A DNA stretch of 39,943 nt from Candidatus Marithrix sp. (GTDB taxonomy: Bacteria > Pseudomonadota > Gammaproteobacteria > Beggiatoales > Beggiatoaceae). The stretch covers positions 1 to 39,943 of the forward strand of contig JASFYV010000223.1 in assembly GCA_045046925.1 (NCBI GenBank). Reading direction: 5' to 3'. A model generated the notes under the pieces. That model was not told the origin of the DNA and did no database searches. It saw nothing but the letters and a program-made list of their open reading frames with translations. A program made the position numbers and the translations under genes. Shown here one piece after another: positions 29,887 to 39,400 of the stretch. Each line of letters begins with the position of its first letter. Position 1 is the first letter of the stretch.

Positions 29887-29954
29887 GTAGGGCGAACACA
29901 TAGGTTCGCCCCTACATATTAAAATTTGTAGGGGCAGACCTACGTGTCTGCCCC
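29887..29954. repeat. Inverted doublet of GTAG-family REP palindromes
   Basis: Minus strand GTAGGGGCGAACCTATGTGTTCGCCC (from 29915 leftwards) and plus strand GTAGGGGCAGACCTACGTGTCTGCCC (from 29928). GC-rich hairpins preceded by GTAG, just after the stop at 29875. Confidence 0.8.
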
Positions 29955-29974
29955 AATTCCATTAAGTTAAACCT

Positions 29975-30068
29975 TGGAGTCCAAATCTGAAGGTTTGGAT
30001 TATTCGGATTAAATATCAAATACTTCCAAATCTGAAGGTTTGGACTCCACTGAAGGTTTGGACTCCAC
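29975..30068. repeat. Palindromic repeat cluster with consensus TGGAGTCCAAA-TCTGAAGG-TTTGGACTCCA
   Basis: TCCAAATCTGAAGGTTTGGA is exact at 29980-29999 and 30025-30044. TGAAGGTTTGGACTCCAC is tandem at 30033-30050 and 30051-30068. Confidence 0.8.
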
Positions 30069-30114
30069 TAAATTTTCCTTAACTTAATGTTTGCTTTCCT
30101 GCGAGTACTTCATT

Positions 30115-33100
30115 ATGAATCAAATACCTACTTTATCTCAAATGGCAGTTCTATTTATAATACTACTTAATTCAATGGCAGCCTGGGCTGATGGAATAAT
30201 TCAAGTATCAATAAATGGTAATTTGTCTAACGGTACTACAATGGTTGGTTTAAAATCTACTATAGTCGGTACTGCTGGTTCTACTACAACAATTAACATT
30301 ACCAATGCAGCTACCGATGGTTCTACCCTTAATATTACCGACATTATTGTTCCAGACGGTGTAATTGTTTCAACTACTGCGTTTAGTTTGACAGATAACA
30401 ATACTGGCACAATCAAAAAAACATTTACTCTAAACATAGCAGCAACAGCAACCACCAATATTAAAGGTAATATCATTATAGTTAATGATGCCTTTTCAGA
30501 TAATCCTGTTAGTGGTAAAAATCCTAATAACTTTACATTTGGGATAAATGGCTATGTAAAAGGTACTGGCATAATTAACCTAACCATACCAACTGTAGCA
30601 GATATTAACAAAGTTATTTTTACTGCAATACCAATTTCAACTACCACAGTAACCACCACAATTAATTGTAATATAGTAGGGATTGGAACTATGACCTCTT
30701 TCAACCCAACAAGTATTCCCAGTTGGACTGACACTAATACAATAATAACAGTAAATCTATCTGAAGTAGAAGATAAAGATATAGTTAAATGTACCTTAAC
30801 TAACAGCCTTGACACCATTTCTGGTTCACCGGCTAATTTTGAATTTGATTTAAGTTTACCACCAGCAGCAAGTATTAATTTATTCCCGCCAACTACAGCA
30901 GACGTTACCAAAGCTATTTTTACCCTAACTCCATCTGTGGCTACAACAGCATTAACTACTGTGAATTGTAATATTATTGGCAGTGGCAGCATCACCTCTT
31001 TTACCCCCACAACTATACCTACAAATACTGCAACTGTTACTGCAATAACAACTAACTTAATCGGAATAGTTAATAATGATAAAATTCAATGCAGTTTAAC
31101 TAATCCAATTGACACTATTTCTGGTTCGCCAGCTAGTTATACTTTTAATTTAGGTTCAACCTTGCCAGAACTTGATATATGGGAAGGAGGAATTGAAGTT
31201 AAACATGGCAACAGTATTAATTTTGGAACTACTAAAGTTGGCTCTCCAATCGAAAAACAGATTATATTAAAAAATACCAGCAATGCAACTTTAAGTATCT
31301 ATGATATTAATCCACCTAAAGGTTTTAAAATTACTAGCACCAACCTAAATTTTACTATATTACCTAATCAAGAATTAGCAGTTAACGTATTATTGGAAGC
31401 AACAGAAGCTGGTAATTTTAATAGTAGCTTTACTATTGCCAGTAATGATGGTGATAATGGCGATGGTGTTGAGAATCCATACACTTTTTTAGCCCAAGGA
31501 ATTATAGAGAATTTAGCCAGTCCAAGAGTTCAAGTTTTGGATGGTATAACACCCATTGACGAAATCAAATTAGGCCTTACTACCATTGGCACACCATTAG
31601 CAAAAATCCTTACCATAAAAAATACCGGAAACTCTAATTTAACTTTAGCTATAACAACAATAGGCAACGGTTTTAGTATAATTCAGCCTAGTTCTCAGAT
31701 AATTCCACCAAATGCTACCACAAATTTTACGGTCAGTTTAGACACAGCAACAATTGGTAACTATACCAGTATCATATCTATAACCAATAATAGTGACATC
31801 AACCCAATTAATATAGTTGCTAGTGGAGAAATAAAGCCTAATGTCAGTAATCCAGAAATTGAAGAAGTAAAGCCTAATACTAGCAGTCCAGAAATTCAGG
31901 TTTTTAACGGAATGGTAGAGATAATAGATGGTGCTACTACTCCAATTAACATTGGTACAACTACCGTTGGCCAACCCATCACCAAAAGATTTAGAATGAA
32001 AAATATAGGTACAGAAGCTATAGACCTATATGGTTACAGTGCTCCTAATGGTTTTAACATCACCAATATTTATCCCACTGGACTAGCAATTGATGAAGAA
32101 TTCACATTTGATATACAACTTAACACATTAATTATTGGTACTTTTAACGGCCCAATCGAACTGTATAACAGTGATGCCGACGAAAGTCCATTTAACTTTA
32201 TAATTAGCGGTACAGTCACTAATAACACAGTTATTAATCCAGCCAATCCAGAAATTCAAGTTTTTGACGAACAATTAGAAATAATTTCGGATACCAACAT
32301 ATCCACTGATTTTGGTATAGCAGCACTTGGTACTAACATGACCAAAACCTTTACCGTAAAAAATGTAGGTACTTCTACTTTAATTCTAAATAGTCCAGTC
32401 ACTACCCAAGGTAGCGGATTCAATATAAATTCCTTTATGGTACCGACTGAGTTAAATCCTGGAGAATCAACAACCTTTGATGTAATTTTAAATGCCAGCA
32501 ATGTTGGTAATTTTGTCGATATATTATCTTTTAATAATAATGATATTGACGAAAGTTTATTTACTTTTCCCATTAGTGGCACAGTTAGCAAAGAATTACG
32601 AGATGAAACCAACTGTTTTGAGATTGGATTAATAAGTGGAGGAGTATGTGTAGTTGCACAACCATTTAATGTTATTAATGCCACTGGCGGAATAACTGAT
32701 ACCCAAATAAAAGGTGGACTGTCAGTTTATCAAAATGGTAAATTTAGTGCTTTTACTCAGAGTCTAACGATTAATCAATTTACCTCCGTATTGACTGCTG
32801 GTGTAATCAAAACCGATAGCAAATATATAGGCAAAAAAGTTGATATAATGGTAATAGGTTATCATGTTGCTCAGTATTATCTTCAAGGTTATCAATGGTA
32901 TCAACTAGCAAGTTGTACTACCTGTCCATTAGGTTGGAAAGTTCTTACAGTAGCAAGTGATGAAACAACAGCCATACCACTATTAACCAAAGAAAATTTA
33001 TCTCCATTGATGACCGTTAATAAAATGCCAGAATATCTTACTGTAGATATGTATTCTGGAGCATTTAGAATAATTGGTCAACTAGATATGTACTTAGCTT

Positions 33101-33180
33101 ATCGAATTGAAGAAGGAACAGACAAAGGCAAAATTATCGTGACTTCACCCGGTATTAATATAATATTATTAGATAATTGA
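30115..33180 (+). CDS. Large exported surface protein, paralog of 25742..29875 (choice-of-anchor-D/ASH-type Ig domains plus the same C-terminal domain)
   Basis: Signal peptide from the ATG at 30115 ending AWA (the ORF extends to TTG 30091). Repeated PEIQV.DG...FGTT..G...K.F..KN.G units. C-terminal part aligns closely with the upstream paralog. Confidence 0.88.
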   Translation: MNQIPTLSQMAVLFIILLNSMAAWADGIIQVSINGNLSNGTTMVGLKSTIVGTAGSTTTINITNAATDGSTLNITDIIVPDGVIVSTTAFSLTDNNTGTIKKTFTLNIAATATTNIKGNIIIVNDAFSDNPVSGKNPNNFTFGINGYVKGTGIINLTIPTVADINKVIFTAIPISTTTVTTTINCNIVGIGTMTSFNPTSIPSWTDTNTIITVNLSEVEDKDIVKCTLTNSLDTISGSPANFEFDLSLPPAASINLFPPTTADVTKAIFTLTPSVATTALTTVNCNIIGSGSITSFTPTTIPTNTATVTAITTNLIGIVNNDKIQCSLTNPIDTISGSPASYTFNLGSTLPELDIWEGGIEVKHGNSINFGTTKVGSPIEKQIILKNTSNATLSIYDINPPKGFKITSTNLNFTILPNQELAVNVLLEATEAGNFNSSFTIASNDGDNGDGVENPYTFLAQGIIENLASPRVQVLDGITPIDEIKLGLTTIGTPLAKILTIKNTGNSNLTLAITTIGNGFSIIQPSSQIIPPNATTNFTVSLDTATIGNYTSIISITNNSDINPINIVASGEIKPNVSNPEIEEVKPNTSSPEIQVFNGMVEIIDGATTPINIGTTTVGQPITKRFRMKNIGTEAIDLYGYSAPNGFNITNIYPTGLAIDEEFTFDIQLNTLIIGTFNGPIELYNSDADESPFNFIISGTVTNNTVINPANPEIQVFDEQLEIISDTNISTDFGIAALGTNMTKTFTVKNVGTSTLILNSPVTTQGSGFNINSFMVPTELNPGESTTFDVILNASNVGNFVDILSFNNNDIDESLFTFPISGTVSKELRDETNCFEIGLISGGVCVVAQPFNVINATGGITDTQIKGGLSVYQNGKFSAFTQSLTINQFTSVLTAGVIKTDSKYIGKKVDIMVIGYHVAQYYLQGYQWYQLASCTTCPLGWKVLTVASDETTAIPLLTKENLSPLMTVNKMPEYLTVDMYSGAFRIIGQLDMYLAYRIEEGTDKGKIIVTSPGINIILLDN

Positions 33181-33215
33181 TTTTGAATTTAATTAAGAAT
33201 TAAGAATTAAAAAAT

Positions 33216-36200
33216 ATGAATTTAGCTGGTGCAAGTGTTAAACGTCCAGTATTTACTACAATGGTAATGCTGATGGTGATAGTGTTAGGAAGTATGGCAC
33301 TTAGCCGATTACAAATTGATCTATTACCCAGCATAGAACTTCCTAATTTGACAGTCCGCACTAAATATCAAGGTGCTGATCCAATCGTCATGGAACGCTT
33401 AGTTACTCAAATTCTTGAAGAAATTATTGCTACAGTTCCTGGAGTTGTGGAAATGAGTTCTAAATCTTATGAAGGTAATAGTAATATTAGCGTAACTTTT
33501 AATTGGGGGACAGATATTAATGCTGCTGCATTAGACGTACTAGTTACTATAGAAAATGAAATTAGTGAGTTGCCAGATGATATTGTAAGACCCCGAGTTA
33601 GCAAATTTGATATAGATAGTTTTCCAGTAGTATTGTTAGGAATTTCCAGTAAATTAGACCCAGTAGAACTCACTAAATTAATAGAAGAACAGATTCGTTA
33701 TCGTTTTAGCAGAATTCCTGGAGTAGCTCAGGTTGATCCTTGGGGGAATTTTGAACGTGAAGTGCGAATTGAATTAGACCCGAATAAAATTAATTCGTTA
33801 GATATATCTTTAGCTGAAATATTACAAGCTATCCGTGATGCTAATTTAGATTTGCCAACTGGTAAAATTAGACAAGGTCGTTATCAAGTAACTTTGCGAA
33901 CTCCAGCCGAATTTAATAGTTTAGATCAAATCCGCAATTTAGCAATTTATCATCATGCAGGTATGGTTGTAACTTTAGATCAAATAGCTAATGTCAAAGA
34001 CACCTATACAAAGCTCACTCGTATTGTCCGTATTAATGGTGACCGAGGAGTTCGGATTGCTATCCGTAAACAACCTAATGCTAATACTGTAGAAGTTGCT
34101 AAACAGATATTGGCCGAAGTAAAAACTTTAAATCAGACTTTTTCCCAAATAAACATTGTTCCTGTTATTAATCAAGGTAATTTTATTGAACGTTCTATTG
34201 CTAATGTAGTTCAGTCGATATTATATGGTGGTTCACTAGCAATCTTAATTTTATTGTTTTTTCTACGAGATTGGCGTAGTACCTTGGTCATTTTCACAGC
34301 TATTCCCATTTCTATATTTGCCACCTTTGCCCTGCTTTATTTTAATGGTTTTACGCTCAATTTAATGACTTTAGGAGGTTTAGCTTTAGGTATCGGTATG
34401 ATGGTGGATAGTTCAGTAGTAGTGTTGGAAAATATTTTCCGTCGCTATCAAGAGTTTGGAGAACCACCAGCTATTGCGGCAGTCATAGGTACTAATGAAG
34501 TGGCATCAGCTGTAATTGCTGGTACTATCACAACTTTAGTGATATTTCTGCCATTAATTTTTGTAACTGGTGTATCTGGTATCTTATTTCAAGAATTAGC
34601 CTATGTAATTATGTTTTCTCTGTTTTGTGCATTGCTAGTATCACTAACCTTAATCCCAATGTTAGCTGCTAAGTTAATGAAAACAAATACTAATACCAAT
34701 AATATAACTAGTATAGAAAATAACTATTGTAATCTATTACATTCAGTCCTTAAAAATCGTTGGTTCACTATTTTAGTATCAACCTTAATTTTTATTGCTT
34801 CTCTATTTTTACTACCAAAAATTGGCACCGAATTTATGCCACCAAGCGATGAGGGAGAAATACGGATTAATGGTGAGATGCAAGTTGGGATACACCTAGA
34901 TATAGTTGATCAACAAACTAAATTGCTAGAAGAGTTAGTTTATCCACTAGTGCCGGAAGCCGTATCTTCAGTTACTACAGTAATGGCATCTGGTACTCGT
35001 GGTAGTTCTAAATCATGGGGTGGAATTAGAATGTCATTATTGCCAGTATCAGAACGTTCTAGTTCTAACAAAGAGATTGCTAAAGATTTACGTCAGCAAC
35101 TAACAGGCAAAATTCCTGGTATGAAAATTCGAGTTCGAGCTCCACAAGGCCAATTTTTATTAGAGCGAATTCTGAAAAATACCGAAGGTATAACGGTGGA
35201 AGTGCGTGGTTTTGATTTGGCTATTTTAGCTGAACTAGCTCAACAAGTAAAAAATAATATCTCAGATATAGATGGTATTACTGATATAGAAATTAGCCGT
35301 AAAACTGGTATTCCTCAACAAAAAATTCATATTGATCGAGCTAAAATTGCTAATTTAGGATTAACAGTACGTGATATAACGGAAACTATAGAAACTGCTG
35401 TGGCTGGTTCTAAGGCTGGAGAATATAGAATCGATGGTAATTCTTATCGTATTTTAGTACAATTAGAAAATGCTGAAGAACGTTCCATCGATGAAATACT
35501 TGATTTAACTCTGCTTATTCCAACTGGAGAGCAAGTAGTGCTTCGCAATTTAGTAAGCATTGAAACTGGTTATGGCCCAGTAAAGATTGAACGTAAAAAT
35601 CAGCAACGGTTAGTTACAATAACTACTAATATATCTGGTCGTGATTTAGGTTCAGTAGCTGCTGAAATTAAAACTCGTTTGACTCAAATTCCTCGTCCAT
35701 CTGGTTATGATTTGCTGATTGCTGGTCAGTTTGAAAAACAACAACAAGCTTTTCATGAATTAATTATATCTCTTATTTTAGCTTTATTACTAGTATATAT
35801 GGTACTTGCTTCCCAATATGAATCTTTGCGAGACCCATTAATAGTTATGTTATCAGTTCCTTTAGCGGCAATTGGAGTATTATTCACTCTTTTTATGACA
35901 GAAACTACTCTTAACTTACAATCTGCTATTGGTTGTATAATGTTGGGGGGAATCGTAGTAAATAATGCTATCTTATTAGTAGATAAAACCAGTAAATTAC
36001 GTCAAACTGGTATGATAACTAATTTGGCATTAATCGAAGCTGGCAGAAAGAGATTACGCCCTATTTTAATGACCACTTTAACTACTATTCTTGCTTTATT
36101 ACCATTAGCATTTGGTATTGGTGAAGGAGCAGATGCTCAAGCACCATTAGCCAGAACCGTAGTAGGTGGTTTAGTTGGTTCTACTTTAATAACCTTAGTT

Positions 36201-36248
36201 TTGATTCCAGTAGTATATTCATTATTTTATTCCGATACTACTGCCTAA
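33216..36248 (+). CDS. RND-family (AcrB/AcrD/AcrF-like) inner-membrane transporter
   Basis: SVKRPV, TM4 [33 protein letters not shown]10 [14 protein letters not shown]11 RLRPILMTT; 1010 aa. Confidence 0.95.
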   Translation: MNLAGASVKRPVFTTMVMLMVIVLGSMALSRLQIDLLPSIELPNLTVRTKYQGADPIVMERLVTQILEEIIATVPGVVEMSSKSYEGNSNISVTFNWGTDINAAALDVLVTIENEISELPDDIVRPRVSKFDIDSFPVVLLGISSKLDPVELTKLIEEQIRYRFSRIPGVAQVDPWGNFEREVRIELDPNKINSLDISLAEILQAIRDANLDLPTGKIRQGRYQVTLRTPAEFNSLDQIRNLAIYHHAGMVVTLDQIANVKDTYTKLTRIVRINGDRGVRIAIRKQPNANTVEVAKQILAEVKTLNQTFSQINIVPVINQGNFIERSIANVVQSILYGGSLAILILLFFLRDWRSTLVIFTAIPISIFATFALLYFNGFTLNLMTLGGLALGIGMMVDSSVVVLENIFRRYQEFGEPPAIAAVIGTNEVASAVIAGTITTLVIFLPLIFVTGVSGILFQELAYVIMFSLFCALLVSLTLIPMLAAKLMKTNTNTNNITSIENNYCNLLHSVLKNRWFTILVSTLIFIASLFLLPKIGTEFMPPSDEGEIRINGEMQVGIHLDIVDQQTKLLEELVYPLVPEAVSSVTTVMASGTRGSSKSWGGIRMSLLPVSERSSSNKEIAKDLRQQLTGKIPGMKIRVRAPQGQFLLERILKNTEGITVEVRGFDLAILAELAQQVKNNISDIDGITDIEISRKTGIPQQKIHIDRAKIANLGLTVRDITETIETAVAGSKAGEYRIDGNSYRILVQLENAEERSIDEILDLTLLIPTGEQVVLRNLVSIETGYGPVKIERKNQQRLVTITTNISGRDLGSVAAEIKTRLTQIPRPSGYDLLIAGQFEKQQQAFHELIISLILALLLVYMVLASQYESLRDPLIVMLSVPLAAIGVLFTLFMTETTLNLQSAIGCIMLGGIVVNNAILLVDKTSKLRQTGMITNLALIEAGRKRLRPILMTTLTTILALLPLAFGIGEGADAQAPLARTVVGGLVGSTLITLVLIPVVYSLFYSDTTA

Positions 36249-36255
36249 GAAAAAT

Positions 36256-36383
36256 ATATAGCATTTCCCGTTTGTATACCTCCCCTATCCCATTAAGGGC
36301 AACCTGCCCCTACATAATATGATGATTTGTAGGGATAATCCCTTGTGGTTACCCCCCTAATCAATATACGGAAAACGCTATAT
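36256..36383. mobile_element. MITE-like 128-bp element with terminal inverted repeats enclosing a degenerate GTAG REP doublet
   Basis: Left end ATATAGCATTTCCCGT (36256-71) versus reverse complement of the right end ATATAGCGTTTTCCGT (36368-83), 14/16 identical. Internal GGGCAACCTGCCCCTAC and GTAGGGATAATCCCTTGTGGTTACCC. Located between convergent genes. Confidence 0.55.
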
Positions 36384-36402
36384 TCTTATTTAGGAAATAT
36401 AT

Positions 36403-39400
36403 CTAATCATCCATTCGCAATCTTAAACATTTTTGGGCTGGTTGATACCATTGAGCTAGATTATCTTGCAAAGAGTCAGCTGCTTGTTGTGGAGTTTTAT
36501 CACCTAAAATAACTGCTTCAGTATTTTTATACATTAACCATTGTCCATCAGGCAAACCATCCATTAAATTAGGATAAGCCCAACGTACATCTTTGCCTTT
36601 ATTAACATTTAAAGCTAGAAAATTCTTTGCATGTTCATTCGTAAGATTTGGTTGTTGGTTATGTAAAGGAAAATATCCTGGTAAAGTATTACTAAATAAT
36701 TCTGCTGTTTCAGGTTTAGCCAGCCATTCTAAAAATATCTTCGCTTCCAGTTTATGTTTAGAGGCAGCATTGATTGCTATCCCAATTTCAGGATGATAAG
36801 TTATATGTTTAGGTTGACCTGCTGGAGCTGGGGTTGCAAAAATATCCCATGCAAAATTAGCCTGTTCCAATTCAATAATATCTGTTGAACTATCCATAAA
36901 CATAGCAGCCTTCTCATTCAAAAATAGCTGTCTGCCTCCTTCTTCAGCAAGATTTTGTGAATTTTCTGGTAAAAATGGAGCAATATCAGCAACTGCTTGA
37001 AATGCCGCAACAACATGTTCGTCATTAAAACAACGTTGCCCAGTTTCATATTTAAGACGACCTTCTCTACCACCGATAAAATTGGGAGCCAAATTCATAA
37101 AAATAAGCTCAGAGGCTGAAAGATTATTTTTTATACCGTTAGCGAATGGAATATAACCAGCTTGTTGAATTTTATTTGCTACTATAATCAGTTGTTCCCA
37201 AGTAGTTGGTGGTTTTAATTGTAGCTTATTAAATAAATTTTGGTTATAATAAATTGCATGAGAAACTGCCATAAAAGGTATTGCATATTGTTCATTATTA
37301 TGATTAACCCATGGATTACGGGCAACTAAATCAAAATTTTCTAAGCCTGGTAAATCAGTTAAAGGTTCTAAATAACCTGCTTCTGACAGTGGTCTGGAAA
37401 GAGAAAAAGATTTTAAATAAAATAAATCAGGAGCAATACTATTTTTTAATTGAAATCGGATCATTTTTACGAATTCTAGAAATGGAGTAAATTTAACCTC
37501 AATATTCGGATATTGTTGATTAAAAACAGCTAAAAAACTATTCATTTGTTCCACATCTTGTACTCGCCAAGAACCTAAAGTTAAAGTTACTTTATCACTA
37601 TCAATTGGAGTTTTGCTTACATATGTATGATGAATATCATCTTTATTTAGTTTAGAATATATTTCAGTTATATTATTACCATACACGTAAAAAGTTATAA
37701 TTCCTGCACACATAAAAACTACTGGATATACTATTCGACCTAATAACAATACCTTTTGTTGAGATTGCTTATTTTCTCTAATAACTTCTCGTTGGCCAAC
37801 TACGACTAAAAATAATTGGAAAATAATTAAGCCGTAAATTACATAAAAACCATAATCTAATACTACAGCATATCCAATTCCTGTTGGTAATCCATTGGCT
37901 AAACTTAGATGAAAAAATGCCACAGCTACCAATGTGCCACTAACTGCTCCCACTGAAATCTCTTTAAATGGTAAAAACATAATTAAATATGACAATCCAA
38001 CTAAAAATAATAATGGCAACAAATTTTTAGTCACAAAGCTAGATACATCTCTTTTTACTTCAATAACAGCATTAAAACGAGAATATTCGATACTAGAATC
38101 AGTTCCAAAAAAACTTGGATCACCTAAAGTTGATTCATTTTTAGTTATATCCTGAAATAAATTAACCGCATTTACATTCCAATCTGTAATTAAATCAAAT
38201 ACATGATTCCGAGTAAATTTATCTAATACACTCTGAGTCTTCATACCAACAAAATCTACAACATAAATTATATTATACCGAGTTAAATAATTATGTTTAA
38301 ACCTAATAGCCAATTTTTGAGTATCAAACGGATAATCTTTAAAATTAAATCTTTCTTTAAATTGAGCCTTAATCTGATAAGCTCGATATATAACATTGTT
38401 TGGTAAATCTTTTTCAGCAACTGGTTTACCTAACTTTAAATCGCTAAAACCTACTTTAACTGAATTAACAAACTTAATTGCATCAGCTTCTACGCCTTTT
38501 TTGAATCTAAACCATAGGTAAAAATCAACTTCATATTTTGAACTTTTTGCATCTAAGTTGCTTATTTCATTGAAATCAATACCAGTATAAACAATATTAG
38601 TTTTATGCATATATTGACCTGCAATAATAACAATTCGCTCAGCCAGAAGTTCTTCTTCCAAATTAGGAATATTAGTTGGATTTGGTACATGCTGAAATTG
38701 GGTTAGAGCTGATATAAGTTGTTGATTTTTAAATACTCCTATTGCTAAAGGTTTAACCGCATTTCCTTGTAAATCAAAATGAAACTGTCCATTTAAACCT
38801 TCTATAGCCATTTCCATACTATTACGAGTTGCTAAGTAATCTCTAATTTTTCTTCTTTCTGTTACTATATCATTACCTTGAATATTTGAATCCCGCATTG
38901 CTTCGACAAGTATTTGAATCGCTTCATATGCAGTGACAGTAACCCAAGTTGGTTCTTCATGATATTCATTTATATAGGCATTTCTACTTAATTGGGCATT
39001 TTCACCTGCTACATCATAAATCATTGGAGCTACTGCAAAAATTCCATCAGAAAAAAATCCGGGTTGAGCTTTTTCTTCAGGATATTCATTAAATTGAGCT
39101 GCAAAAGTTTTTTTACCTATTGAATCACCGCCGATAATCGGATAATTTAACCCTTTACGTTTCATAGAAACAATAAATTTCTTAGCTTGTTCGGCATTTA
39201 AAGCCAGTAAAATACCACCTTTTACATTAGTCCGTAAAAAATGTTTAGTAATATTTTCAATGTCTTCATCAGAATTAACTGAGTTATTACCAGTAATGCT
39301 AAATTTATTTTTTATAATACCTTTCAAACCTATATATGAATTTTCAAAACCATCTAATAAGGTATTGGAATAATCACTATCTTTATCATAAATAATAATA

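Noticed and set aside
29975-30068. Possible mini CRISPR array (palindromic repeat, spacer, repeat)
   Set aside because: The repeat is only 20 bp, there is one 25-bp spacer, the third copy is partial with no spacer, and no cas genes are in the window.
33181-33210. AATTAAG heptamer repeated before the RND start codon
   Set aside because: Fewer than three full units in very AT-rich DNA; covered under the shared intergenic motif finding.
1571-38155. Short antisense ORFs in the track (e.g. 1571..1762, 7634..8002, 16225..16539, 26044..26286, 30552..31010, 32256..32684, 36593..36796, 37934..38155)
   Set aside because: They lie opposite well-supported genes, show no motifs, and are expected shadows of codon bias.
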